Below are positions 1 through 13,669 of a stretch of DNA of 64,000 bases, in pieces. This DNA is from Octopus vulgaris (lineage: Eukaryota). The DNA lies in NCBI GenBank assembly GCA_951406725.2, contig OX597820.1, positions 69,192,001-69,256,000 on the forward strand, in the 5' to 3' direction. Position 1 is the first letter of the stretch; each line of letters opens with the position of its first letter. A program made the translations under genes and the position numbers. The notes below the pieces were generated by a model that was not told where the DNA came from, did not search any database, and saw only the letters and a program-made list of their open reading frames with translations.

Positions 1-56
1 TATGTATATATATTATATATAAATATACATTATATGTGTACGTATGTATACCTATA

Positions 57-109
<53 letters not shown>

Positions 110-1025
110 GTGTGTGTGTGTGTATGGGTGTGTATAATACATATGTGTGTTTGTGTGTGAGTGTGTGTCTGTATATTTGTACCTAATCTCTCCTACGCTG
201 TATGTAGCTACTCTTGGGAGTAATACGATGTTTGAAGCAAAATGTGAAGTCTAATTCGACTTAATTTGCGTAATGGTATTCATTCATCCATCACTTATCA
301 CTCATGCATTCTTTTGTCTTGTCTTCTGTTTTAACTGGGGTGAAAAATGGTATTGTTTTCTTTCTTGTAGATACTAAATGAATTTAGTATTTAGGATTTC
401 AAAGTAGCGGGCATATTTCCATTCTGTATTTAGTTTTTGACGGTGATCTTTGTTCTTTGTTCCGAAATATGTTTCCATCTTTGACGCCATTCGTTTTCCT
501 TCATTAGGGAACATTTGAATAATTATCATTTGTGTGTTTTGTGTTCGAATATCCAGTATAAAACATCCCTGAATAGTCATGCAAGTTATTACTCAAATAC
601 AAGTATAAGCACAAATGTACATTCACATACACACCAATATATGTAGTGTTTTGTGTGTGCGTTTTATATGTGCACAAACACACACACATAAAGATATATA
701 CATACATAGAAACATATACTTACATACATATATATATATATATACACACGTATACTGGTATAGATAGGTGGATAAAGATGCATAGGATAATAGATAGTCA
801 TAAAGATAGACAGAACTTTAGATAGTCAAGTATATATATATGGACGTATCAAAGTATCTTTACAGTTATTTATCTCGTACCAGTCGTTTTCTGTAAATAT
901 GCACACAATGGCTTCAAATTATAGATAGATAAATAGATATACATTTAGACCCAAAATATATACTATAACACACCTGGATAAGATTCTTAGCATAATACAT
1001 ATATGCGTTCAAATATATACATGTT

Positions 1026-1086
<61 letters not shown>

Positions 1087-1540
1087 GCTCTTAGGTTTGT
1101 GCGTGTTAAGTACGTACAAAAATTTTCATCGATTTACTGATATTCTGACGCTTACACATTCACACATCATGTGACTATAAAGATCTTTTCATGTATAATA
1201 TATATATATATAACAGCATAAGTATACAGATATACTGTGTATTTGTGTGTGTGTGTGCGTGTGTGTATACATGTATGTATCTGTGTGAATGTGAACGCGT
1301 TTATATATACACATACATACGTACATACATATACATACATATACATATATATATATGTTTGAAAGTGAACCCGTTTACATATATATGTATGTATTTATAC
1401 ACACGCTTACATGCACACACCACATGCATGCACATATACATATATATGTACCTATGTATGTATATGTATACTTATATATATATATAGTTATGTAAGTGTC
1501 TGTGTATATATAGTTCTATATGTACATATGAATATACACG

Positions 1541-1611
<71 letters not shown>

Positions 1612-2397
1612 TTGCATATGTCTATGAATATACATTCGTGAGTATGCTTATGTTGTTAAATGTGTACGTATATGTAATCATACCTACATGCAATTAACAT
1701 ACGTGTACATGTATATGTATATGCATCTCTATATAGGTATGTGTATGTTTTAGTGTGTTTATAATGTTTTGTGTGTGTGGTGTGTGTATGTGCTTGTTCA
1801 TCCTGAATATAAATATCGATTAACCTTTTCTTTCAACTGAGAATTCTGCATTATTTTCATAATTTCTTAGCTGTCTATATCTTCTATATTCTTTTTTTTT
1901 TTGTTTTTGTATCTTTTTTCTTACTTTCCTTCATTGCTCCCTTAAGTGCGTGTAAGCACGTTTGAGCACCTGCGTGCATCCGTCTTTTCAGGAAAACTTT
2001 TTTTTTTGTATCTTTGCTCATCCATATATATCTTGTTCAACTATCTTCTTTCACTTTCTCTGTTCCATCATTTCTCGAAAATTTTTGTAATGCTTTGTTT
2101 GCTTTATATTTTTTTTTGTTTTTACTTGCGTGAGTGTGTGTGTGTGTGAGTGTGTGTTTTTTTCTTTTATTGTAAAAATTTTCTCTTTTGTACTATATCT
2201 TATTTATCTCCTTTTATTCGTGTTTTGTTTTACACAACCTCCACACCTACCACACATACTAGTCCATATATGTATATGGGTGTTTGTGTATGTGTGCGTG
2301 TGCGTGTGTGTGGCATATTCTTAAATATATGTATATATATATATACATTTACCTATATATTCATATAAATACATAGTATATGTTTAACCATACATGC

Positions 2398-2447
<50 letters not shown>

Positions 2448-2457
2448 GTACATACAG

Positions 2458-2511
<54 letters not shown>

Positions 2512-3702
2512 ATGTATGTACATGTGTATATATATAAATGTGCGTATTTATGTGTGTGTGTGTGGTGTTCAATGGATTTATGTGGATTGATGTTGGTGTT
2601 CTTGTTGTCATTATTGTTGTCGGTGGTGTTGGCGCATCGTTTTGTTATATTTCTTGTTTTGTATTATTACTTCTCTGTTGGCTTTTTGTTTTTCGTTCTT
2701 TGTTTTTGTTGTATGTGTATTTGAAAACCGTGGTAGTTAGCATCATGTTATTATTATTATTTTTATTTTTTATTTTTAAAGCACTTTTGTTATTTTTCTA
2801 AGGAAAAATATCGCAAATTTCATTCTTATGAGTAAGAAAGTGCATAGCTACAGTTGCTTTCCTAATGGTTCTGAAACAACCAGCTAACTATGGATTTTTT
2901 TCTAACACAGAAGAAAGTTTAGTCGTGTTTGTTCCAAAGATTGAAATATCAACCATGCATTTCAAATATTCACATATTTTTCAACCTTTTCCTACTTTGC
3001 AACGATTACATCGTCCATTTTAGAAACCCTATGGGAAATTTTATTAATATGGATTGTTTAATATTGGATTTCAAGTCTGTTATTAGATCACCCCATTTTA
3101 TTTTATATAAAAACGATCTAGTTGATAAAGTAACCAACTATTTTTGTTCGTATTGTAGCCAAGATATAAAATTCTTAGTTGCTTAGTTCATTTGGCTGTA
3201 AATACATACCGGTGAATCCTGAGTAGCTCAAGTGAAAATGTGAACGTGAAGCGAAATTCAAGAATATATCGATATATCATTGGGCTCAGTTCATATCTTT
3301 CTGAGGATATATAGCTTAGAATGGTGTATAATGAGTGGTCTATACTTAGTCAACCTTAATAACGTTAAACCACTTACTACAGTTACACCTGTACGACACA
3401 CTCAGTTTCCTTATTTTAGTTTTAGCCAAACGCTTTAGCTATGGGCAGCTCCAATTAAAGAAATTGAAACATGTTGCATCAAATTACTACTACTGGAAAA
3501 GTAGCGTGTTCTAATGCTGAAAATCGAACCGATACTGCTTGGTTTAAAGTTAGGATGAAGCAAAAGGAAGTCTATGTATTTTATAGCAATTTTAGTCTTC
3601 GAAATACTCAGTTTGCAGGTTAATTAAATGAAAATAAAATCGAATGATATTTTAACTAGATTTATATGAGTCAGCTAATCATTGGATATAAGTTGTATGA
3701 AC

Positions 3703-3754
<52 letters not shown>

Positions 3755-4708
3755 CCATGCAGACGCATGTATATAAGTTTGTGAAGGGAAGGATTAAAGC
3801 AGTAGAGCCATCTACGTGTATATGTCTGTGTGTCGTCGTTTTTATGACTTCTTATAGATATCCTTGTTATGTTTAGTTTAAGAAATCATCCTATACATCT
3901 AGTAGGCTGGAACATTTTACATTGATATTTGTGCTTTTTTCAAACATGAATCTCTAATAAAATGAACAAAATTGTACTGGGAACTGAAACCGTACCAATG
4001 GACGATCTAAACAGGAAGTTACCTCCTGTTCACAGACGTTCGTTTTGCTTACATTAAAAATTAATTCTTATCGATGCAACAAGTTATTATTGTTTCTAAC
4101 CTGCAGGTAATCTATCTAGAAATATAAGCAAGTCATTCAGAAGCAAACATTTTGTGTGTTACTGGTGCCGCAGGAAATGTATACAATAACATAGTGAATG
4201 TCATTCCTATATACACACATTTTTATTTTCGAAATGCTGCAGAAATATCTAGCAGAGAGACAAACTGAAAGCTGCTCCTGTCTAACTTGCATTCATATTC
4301 TGCAGCAGCTCTCTAAAGCTTCTACCATTAAGTATCATAAGTCATTCAACTTGACTACATTTTATTTTCCAAGCCATTAGCGATTTACTGAAAAGCATTT
4401 TTTTGCTCAGCACACTTTCAGACGCTCGTGCAGATTTTCTTTAAATAACTTTCTCTCGAGTAGGTAGAGGTAATGCCTATGTGATTCGTTTCCTGACTTT
4501 CTCATACAGACAGTAAGCAGCCAGTGACTACTCCAAAAAGGAACTAGATAGAAATCATCTTATGAAAAGCTTATTTCAGGGAGTAAATAAAAAGGAAAAA
4601 AAAAGAGAGAGAAAAGAGCGAGTGAGAGAGATAGAGCGAGAGAGAGAGAGAATAATCATATAAAAAAAAAGTGTTAAGATATTTAAGAATAGTAACCTTC
4701 ATCCTATT

Positions 4709-4908
4709 GTCACGTCAGTGACGTCACAGCTAAAACTCCCATGCTGATATCTATGTTAACAGAAATAAATAAATAAATAAATAAATAAACTAGTAACTTA
4801 TATTATCAAACAATGATTATTTCGCAATTTGTAAAGCTTATTTGCGAAAATATCTGAGGGTTAGGCGTGATGCTGATATCTTTACAAATCGTCAGATGCT
4901 ACGTCACA
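4709..4908. promoter_or_regulatory. CRE (CREB/ATF) motif cluster, candidate enhancer or promoter
   Basis: Full palindromic TGACGTCA at 4719-4726, immediately preceded by half-site CACGTCA (4711-4717). Further CGTCA half-sites lie near 4890 and 4902. The 12-mer ATGCTGATATCT is repeated at 4741 and 4870. Confidence 0.35.
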
Positions 4909-5108
4909 TTCATGAACGCTGAATGCGAGGAACCTTTTAAAATTTCCTAATCAATTTTAGTTCATATTTTCAAGATTATTTCTTGCAATATATAATAAAT
5001 ATAGAGTTTCTAAATGCGTTTAGCAGTTGATTTATAAATCTGCGGTTTTGATATTGATCATGCTATATAACACATTTTCAGACACAATGTTATTATGACG
5101 ATTCATGC

Positions 5109-5285
<177 letters not shown>

Positions 5286-6744
5286 GTTACTATCCTCCTC
5301 TTCTCTTACGAATGCAGTGAAATAGCAGACAAGCTAAATACGTCGAAAATACTTCCATTTCTATACACCTTCTTACGCGTTTGACTTCGCTTTTCATCCC
5401 TCCCACGTTGTTATACCAGTAATATATTGATTTCAGAAGATTAATTGCTTGAATAATTTCAGTCCATCGACATTTTTTTCTTTATTCACTATTCAATGTA
5501 AGCTACTACCATATTAGCATTTTGTTTGCAGTACGCCTCGCTGATGTACTTTTCTTCAGTCTGATATGCATCATAAGTATCACTACATTCAGTCTCTCTC
5601 TCTATATATATATGTATGCACCTATACATATATACATGCACACACCACAACGTCTCTTCCTTCCTTCTTTCCTTCATGCCTTCCCACCTTCTTTCATAGA
5701 ACCGCATTCCCAAATGGCCACTAAATTCCGTCTTCCAACCACGTTTCTTTATTGTTTTTATTTTTTCTCCCATATTTTCTCATTTCTTTTTTTTCTGATG
5801 AAGGACTAGCATCCAAAGCGTTCAGACTGTTTCATTTCCTTTTAAGCGTTAAACCAATGCAACACTTGTTAAAACCGGGTCATTCCATTTTGTATTCTTT
5901 ACCTTGTGTGTGTGTGTGTGTGTGTGTGTACCCGACTAATTGGCATCATTGAACCATAGACACGTTCTAGCCTCTAGCCATCACACATATTAATCACTCT
6001 GCTTCTTCGATCTCTGCAGTAATGGACTATTATCCTTGGATCTGCATTTGCTCATGCTTTCTTCAATCGGGTATCTTTACACTACTCAGTATCCTTATTG
6101 TAACGAAATCTGAGCACTGCATTAACCATTTTCACCAATGTTTTCTCCTAAAGAGACACAAATTCTTCCTCTCCTTCTCCCCCTCTCCCTCTCCCTTCCT
6201 GTTCACAACCTTCACGCAGGTGGCTTGAGTTGAATAATGATGACATTTATCTCTATACTCTGGAAAAACCGGCACCAATCATACAGAGAAATTGTCGTGG
6301 GCAGTGGAATGCTGGACGTTTCGGAAAGAAACCTTCTTAAGAGTAAAGTTAACAGAAAAGGAATTTAAACCAATAAAACCTAGAGCCGTGATTTACATCC
6401 TCAGTCTTTCAGAAACGTAGCTACAGCCAGTTTCTCAAATAAAGAGGATGTAAAAAGTGTCATCTTGTTTTTTTTTTGTTTTTTTTCTATTTCCCTTTTC
6501 CAAATCTAGAAACACCGCTGATGAAATTCGGAACATGTTTACTACTTTAATTAGTTGGTTTTAAAGACAATATCAGCTTACCTCCACATCGTCTTTATTT
6601 TGCAAAAATGTCATATATTTGATTTTATTGGAATTATCTCTCGAAAAAGTTACCTCTTGATTATTAAGCATCTTTTCAGGGAGGTTTTAATTACAACTTA
6701 TCAAGTCTAAGTCTTTGTAGTTGTAGTTGAAGTTATTTTTTGCC

Positions 6745-7040
6745 GTTTAGCTTCAAATCCGTCCTGATCAGGCAGATATGTGAGCAAAGGGTTCCTGCTA
6801 TGACCATCTCGTCGTCTTCCTATAGATAAGGAACCTAAGAGAACATTATTTCTACGATGATGTGGTATGGCTTGATGGAGATTTAGTTGCTATTTCTAGC
6901 AGATCGATTAGCTACATAGATGTTTCATCTTTGAAGTACATTCAAAATGTATCCCTTTCTACTCTAAAAAAACAATAGGGTATATTTTGAGAGAAATTTG
7001 GCTGCTATTTTTGAAGATCGAGCTACCACGTAGAGATTTT
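6745..7040 (+). mobile_element. Ancient dispersed repeat (family C) with tandemly duplicated 3' part
   Basis: The motif GATTT(A/G)G(C/T)TGCTATTTCTAGC..GATCGA..CTAC(C)AC(A/G)TAGA occurs twice here. Degenerate versions recur at ~17470-17645, ~20135-20290 and ~58675-58875, and on the minus strand at ~40760, ~41650 and ~62270. Confidence 0.55.
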
Positions 7041-8146
7041 GCCTCATATGTTGCAGGTAAATTCACAATGAAGTTGCAATCAACCCAATCTGCTGAATAA
7101 TTAATTATTCTATTTTTAATCTTCTGCAACTAACGAGTGAGTCTTTATTGTTGTTGTTGTTTTCTCGTGTAGTCAGCCGATAATTCTGAGAAGAATGTAA
7201 AATAACTCAAAGTTAATGAGGACATTACCTCGCTACTATTAGACACGAATAAGTCGAAACTAACAAATCTGCGTACAGCAGCTGGAAACAAACTGGATTC
7301 TTCACCTCAAACTCAGTTAAGGGAGGTTATATCGTATCTCTTGATTAAAATTTTACCCTCTCTACCTACTATATTAATCCCAGGAGAATAAGGGGCGAAA
7401 TCGATCTTAAGTAAAGAGAGTGCCCTGAGGAAAAAAAACCTTCTGTTTTACAAATGGAGTCATTGCATTCATAAATTACATACGTACATACGCGCGTGCA
7501 CCACATGCTTAGATAAGTATGCACAATCACTCATACACAAAACATGCGTATAGGTATACAGACATATAACATATAAACGGACATGTGCACATAGACAAAT
7601 ACACACGTTCCTAAACTTACACACACAAACACACACAAAAACGTGCACACACAAAAAAGCGCGCGCACACACACACACACAAACACATACACACCGAGAA
7701 ACATATATACAAGCAAAAACTCGACTGCCTCATGCACACACACGTATTAATATTTGCACGAACACGCATACACACACACACACATACACACACACACACA
7801 CATACACACACACACACATACACATAGGCGCACAATTTCTCACTCACACATACAAGAAAGGATTTTAATTTGAGAATATTACGTAGCCTTCTCGTAAGCA
7901 CCAGCCTCCCAGCTTCAACACGCTGGAGATTAGAAGGAAATAATATGATGTATAAAAGACAAGATGTCAGACAATATCAGCTGCCATTGATGATATTTTA
8001 TTTCAAATGCTCGGCGGAGAGGTTCATTGGAACAGATCCCGTAACTACCAGTTCAGCAAGCGGAAGAACTCTACAGCTGTCCTCATTGATTTGTGACAGA
8101 TTTTAGATTAGTTGGTTAGCATCAATTTCTGTCAGATGCCAACAGA

Positions 8147-8291
8147 ATGTGTATTTTGGGTTGCTTATGTCAAGATCATGTCAAACCACTGTCACTTAAC
8201 GCCGCAAAAATTGACTACGGTCTTGGACAACTCAGTCCAGACGAAGAATGCCAAAGATTGCAATCTGCAGCTAACCGACTGCCTGACGATC
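8147..8291 (+). CDS. Candidate alternative first coding exon (MCILGCLCQDHVKPLSLNAAKIDYGLGQLSPDEECQRLQSAANRLPDD)
   Basis: Lies in a unique island (7880-8330) with TATAAAAG at 7961. The frame is open to a weak donor C|GTAAAT at 8291/8292. An overlapping frame from ATG 8136 is also open to the same donor. No homology recognised. Confidence 0.3.
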
Positions 8292-8693
8292 GTAAATCAC
8301 TTAATTCTAAATATTCATGCAAACATCTTTTACTTGTAATTTCTTTATCTGTATTTTGTTTTTAGTTTTCTTTTATAGTGTTTTATTTCCGTTTTGTTTC
8401 TCTCCCACCCACCGTTTCTTTCTTTCTTTCTCTCTTTCTTTCCTTCTTTCTTTATTTATTTGTTTATTGATTTATTCATTTATTTGTTTCTTTATTTGTG
8501 GATCATTTGTCGTTGTCCAAACGATTTCATTAATATTTCTGTCTCCCTTGATCTGCATTGTAGTTAAATATTAAACAGTGCTGCTTCCTTCTGGAACTGG
8601 GAATTCATCTTTGAAAAATTGTAAATCTTACCAGCTTGTTCGACAAAGTAATAGAATGTCTTGGTATTTTTCAATGGAACACGCACGCACACA

Positions 8694-8773
<80 letters not shown>

Positions 8774-8793
8774 CACACATAGATATATATATT

Positions 8794-8840
<47 letters not shown>

Positions 8841-8841
8841 G

Positions 8842-8937
8842 CGAGGGGGTGTATAAAACGTTTTGATCCTTTAGGGCCTTTGAGCCTTAAAGTCTTGTAC
8901 CTTCATCAGAAGCTCAAGACTTTTCATACACCCCTCG
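8842..8937. mobile_element. Tc1/mariner-type MITE (~96 bp)
   Basis: Imperfect ~28-bp terminal inverted repeats (TIRs): CGAGGGGGTGTATAAAACGTTTTGATCC versus the reverse complement of AGCTCAAGACTTTTCATACACCCCTCG. It sits in a TA context, and TA-CGAGGG ends are typical of mariner TIRs. Confidence 0.7.
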
Positions 8938-9889
8938 TATATAAAGCCTTGTGTGTGTATGTGTATGTACGTATAGACTATTTTATTTAAAAGACATAAG
9001 TCTAAACCTGGCTTAGTGAAATAAAGATATCAAATTCACACCTCACATATACAATATGCTTAAGCTGTTTAACCCGAGCATTTTACTGCAATCTTTATAC
9101 GAAACGTATTTTCAAGCATCAAGTTAATATATCAAATGAAATGATTTGGTTTTCTTATAGTTTTAGTCTTTTTAGCTTAAGACCAAAATATCTTAATTAT
9201 TTAAAGATATATCACATCTTCTGCTACCTTTTCTCTATAGATTCATATATTTATTTATTAGTTAGTTCAGTTAGTTTTGCTGAATAACTTCCGGTTAAGA
9301 TCTTGTTTGATGAAACCATTCTATAGAATATATTGTTGTTTGCTTCTTTTAAGTATCTTTTTTTTCCTTTTTGATGCTTCAAGAATGTGTTATTGTAATA
9401 TGAATATCTTCATTCAAAGTCATTATATCATTTTTCTTGTTGTTTTAATTTAGATCCGTCATTTCTGGAAAACATTCTTAGCTTAAAGACAAATATATAA
9501 AAGCTTTAATTTTTTTTAGCTTTTTTTTCTTGCATTCATTTCCCAGCTGTGTTATTATGTTTCATTTCCTTCCTTCCTTCTCTTTTTACCTCCATTCTCT
9601 TTCGGTCTTTCCTTCTTTCTCTTTCCCCTTTTCTCTCAGTCATTCTCCTTCCCTTTTTCTATTCGTATCTGTAAGTCTTGCTCCATTTCTATCTATCTCC
9701 AGTAATGGTATTTACAAGATTATACTATAAAATAGTATTCTTCATTCACAATCCACAAAACATTGAGTTTTGAGCTATATAAATTACTATTTTAGTAGTA
9801 ATTTCACTCAGAAGTTTAGGAAAACGCATTCAGGTATTGAATAATCAAAGTCTTTAGATCATTAAATAAACTATCTTGCTACATTTGTT

Positions 9890-10015
9890 CCACCTCTCTG
9901 TGCTCTGAGTTCAAATTCCGCCGTCGAAGACAAATTTACCTTTCATTCTTTCAGTGTTGATAAATAAGTACCAGTCAAATATATAGGTTTATACTTCATT
10001 GATTTGAATCAACTA
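9890..10015 (+). mobile_element. tRNA-derived SINE family B, decayed fragment
   Basis: CTGAGTTCAAATTCCGCCG (B box) followed by ACCTTTCAT.CTTTC...GATAAATAAGTACCAG, matching the intact copy at 34633-34867. Confidence 0.8.
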
Positions 10016-10346
10016 AAGTCTCCCGTCTCGACAGTAGAGTTTCATTTCACCATATAGTGCGACTCCAGCCAGTGTGGCGGCCGAACCAACTCCTGTTAGC
10101 ATCTCCTCTATGTTAAATCGTTGGTATACGCCACCACACGCCCCACTTCATCAATGAATCTTAACATCGTGCCAAATATCGGTCAGAACATTTTCTAACA
10201 GCCCATCTGAGGATAAATGGAAGCCTGCTCTCTCTCTCTCCCCTTCTATCTCTATCTCTCCCTCTCTCCCTCTCTCTCTCTCTCTCTCTTTCTCTCTAAC
10301 AAGTAGCGGTATGCTATTCTCCCGTTTGTTTGTTCTTTGAAAAATT

Positions 10347-10719
10347 CTTGCTTCCTAACCATATGGTTCCCGGGTTCAGTCCATCTGCATGACACCTTGA
10401 GGAAGTGTCTTCTGCTCTAGCCTCAGGCCGACCAACTCCTTGTGAGCAGATTTGATCGACGAAAACTGAAAGACGCCTGTCGAATATATATATATATATG
10501 TCTGTGTGTGTGTGTTTGTGTCTGTGCTTGCCCCCCCCCCATCCCAGCGCTTGGCAATCACTGTTGGTGTGTTTGCATCCCCCGTAACCAAGCGGTTCGG
10601 CAAAAGAGACCGATAAAATAAGTATGAAGCTTGAAAAATAAGTACAGGTGTCCATTCGTTCAAGGCGGTGCCCCAGCATGGCCGCAGTTTTACGATTAAA
10701 ACAAACAAAAGACAAAAGA
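10347..10719 (+). mobile_element. tRNA-derived SINE family A with internal microsatellite
   Basis: B box GGTTCAGTCC, core CACCTTG.G.AAGTGTCTTCT.CT.TAGCC, internal (TA)n(TG)n, and tail AAGGCGGTGCCCCAGCATGGCCGCAGT. Confidence 0.9.
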
Positions 10720-10827
10720 TCCTTGGTCCTTGCAACATACTTCTCCCATGTGCTTTCATTTACGGAAGATGACTTACGTTGGACAACCACGTTTTATTAA
10801 CAAAACTAGGAAACTTTTAGTATTGAT

Positions 10828-11161
10828 TGAGACCCCCTTCGGTCATGACTGACCATGGGATTGCACCTAGAAGGTTACCCTCCCAGGCACAAGTCCAGGC
10901 AAGGTTGTTTATGGAAGACCAGCAGTCGCCCATGCATACCGGCCTCCCCTCTCCACACCACTGACGTTATCCAAGGGAAAGGAAAAGGCCGATACAGCTT
11001 GGCATCTGACGTCGCAACTAATTTCTACAGCTGAGTGAACTGGAACAACGTGAAATAAAGTGTCTTGCTCAAGAACACAACACACAGCCCGGTCCGTGAT
11101 TCGAACTCACAACCTCACGATCGTAAGATGGACGCTCTAACCACTGAGCCATGCGCCTTCA
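10828..11161 (-). mobile_element. tRNA-derived SINE family D, full length with 12-bp TSD
   Basis: The minus strand begins GAAGGCGCATGGCTCAGTGGTTAGAGCG (A box) and contains GAGTTCGAATC (B box). The central domain is TTGAGCAAGACACT...CCAGTTCACTCAGCTG. TSD TTTAGTATTGAT lies at 10816-10827 and 11162-11173. Confidence 0.92.
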
Positions 11162-12550
11162 TTTAGTATTGATATTATTAATAAACTGGAATTATCGCTA
11201 TTTCACAAATTAGTTCTAATGTAAATACCTGCAGCATCTGCGTCCTCAGTTGTATTCCTTTTCCCTTTTATCTCTTGTTTCTAATTGTGCTGTTGTTTCC
11301 AATTTTTCCTTTGGTATATAATCGATGTCTCTTGCTTGGTGCTAGCTTCACATGCTGCTCATCCAGAGAAGCCATATGAAGTTATTAGTAAACTAACAGG
11401 TAAAGCAGTTGGACGATGTCCAAAAGTTCTGAAATCAGTTATGCAAGATGCTTATATATAAAAAAGAAGAAACAAACTTTTCAGTTATCAACTAAATCGT
11501 GGAAAAGCCCATAACAAATTGGAGTACTAAAGAAGATGTTAGAATCCATGATCATGGATACAAGGAAGAACGAGATTTTGCTGCATTTTCTAGCAGGTGG
11601 GGGTTCTGCGTTGTTTCTTTGCGTGGTGAATACTTTGCATAAGTAAAATTACAAGATTTATATAGGAAAGGAAATGAGTTTCTTTCACTTCAGCGATTTT
11701 TATCCATCAGCAATCAGTTATGCTTACATAATTACATATAAAAAGAAAATACAGCCATGAGCCAATGTTGGAGACTTTATATGAACACTGAATCTGCCAG
11801 AAATAACAGTTAGATATCCTTTAAAACAAACTCACTACCGAAGAAGGCATTGGACAATGTAATCGTAGATAGAGAAAAGAAAGGGGAACAAGAACAAAAG
11901 GAAAAGAAGAAGATATAAAGAGTGATGGTGTTGACTGGCTTTGATCATAAGAGTGTTGGATTTTAGATGACTTGGGGCTAAACACCATCAGCAGCACGGG
12001 CAGCAGCAAAATCAGCAGCAGTAACATGAATGGAACCAGGTTACTGACACTGCTCGACAACATATATTGACCTCTATTGTGAAAGCGTTCCTCGTTTCGA
12101 GATCAATGTGTGTCAGCAACATTGATTACATCTCCAATCCATTATAAGTATCACAAGCTACATTCCTGTGTATCCAAGCATCAATATTTGGCCTATTTTA
12201 GAGAGGAACTTAATTATTAGAAACAATGCGTTGGAACAATAAGGAATGTGATAAGGATATCCTTAATTTAATGTGTGCATGTATGGCTATAGAGTTAATA
12301 TGATTGTTTTGCAACTATCTGACTCTAAGATAGAGAGCACTATACGAGAATATTGAGTGACTCTCTTCCACCAAAGCCTCAGTTTGATAATTTGTTGTTG
12401 GAATTTTGTAGACGGAAAATATAGGGAAACCTTTCTTGTATACATACACTATATGAGTAACTAGGACAAGGGCGTGAATTAATGGAAGTGTAAAATACAT
12501 AAGCATAAGCATTAGTCCCGTCATTAATGGACACTGATATATATATATAC

Positions 12551-12606
<56 letters not shown>

Positions 12607-12748
12607 CCTTCCTTTCGTCGACTAAACACTCGGATGTTGTTTTATACACCACTGGACACAATGCTGTTGTAGCTTTCGAATAATGCCACTACGCTGGCTG
12701 GGCGAAGAGGCCAATGTCTCTCTCTCTCTCTTTCCCTATATATATATA

Positions 12749-12811
<63 letters not shown>

Positions 12812-13072
12812 AGAGAAAGGATTATTTACATGTGTACGTAATATATACTATTATTCAATACATATTGGCGAAGTATGACATTTTATTTCGAGAAATCTTT
12901 CTAAGGCATTTGTTCTGCTGTGAGTTACGGACACACCTCTGTCAATTCTACTGTCACAAATGCATGAAACAACTGATTAATTCCTTCGGAGAATGTAATG
13001 CATGGAGTTATGATTTTCCAATTGCGATATAGAGTTAAACTTTTTAGAATATCCACCACTACTCCAGCCGTA

Positions 13073-13669
13073 AGGCCGAAATTTTTGAGGAGAGGCCAGT
13101 CTATTAGATCAACCCCAGTACACAACTGGTGCTTAAATGGCCGACCCTGAAAGGATGAAAGGCAACGTCAACTTCGACGGAATTTGAACTCAGAACGTAA
13201 ATCAGACGAAATACCGCTATGCATTCCGCCCGGTATTGCTAATGTTTCTTATTTCTTTACTGCCCACAAGGGGCTACACACAGAGGGGACAAACAAGGAC
13301 AGACAAGCGGATGATTAAGTCGATTATAACGACCTCAGTACGTAATTGGTACTTATTTAATCAACCCTGAAAGGATGAAAGGCAAAGTTGACCTCGGCGG
13401 AATTTGAACTCAGAACATAACGGCAGACGAAATACCAATTTCTTTACTACCCACAAGGGGCTAAACACAGAGAGACCAAATAAGGACAGACAAACGGATT
13501 ATGTCGATTATATCGACTCCAGGGCGTAACTGGTACTTAATTTATCGACCCCGAAAGGATGAAAGGCAAAGACGCCCTCGGCGGAATTTGAACTCAGAAC
13601 GTAACGGCAGACGAAATACGGCTACGCATTTCGCCCGGCGTGCTAGCTTTTCTGCCAGCTGACCGCCTT
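13073..13669 (-). mobile_element. Head-to-tail array of three SINE family B units
   Basis: GAAAGGATGAAAGGCAA..GGAATTTGAACTCAGAAC occurs three times (~13148, ~13368, ~13553). There is one complete head at 13669, and the two right-hand units share the TTTCTTTACT.CCCACAAGGGGCT tail. Confidence 0.9.

Noticed and set aside
4160-4175. TACTGGTGCCGCAGGA resembles the 3' part of miR-252 as I recall it
   Set aside because: The seed region does not match and no complementary arm forms a precursor hairpin nearby, so it is treated as chance.
10314-10790. 158-aa and 127-aa minus-strand ORFs
   Set aside because: They are antisense read-through of a family A SINE.
11085-11161. tRNA-like A and B boxes suggesting a tRNA gene
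   Set aside because: This is the head of a TSD-flanked SINE and continues into SINE body with no acceptor stem or terminator.
13073-13669. Regularly spaced repeats superficially like a CRISPR array
   Set aside because: The units are ~185-220-bp SINE copies with homologous spacers, the context is eukaryotic and there are no cas genes.
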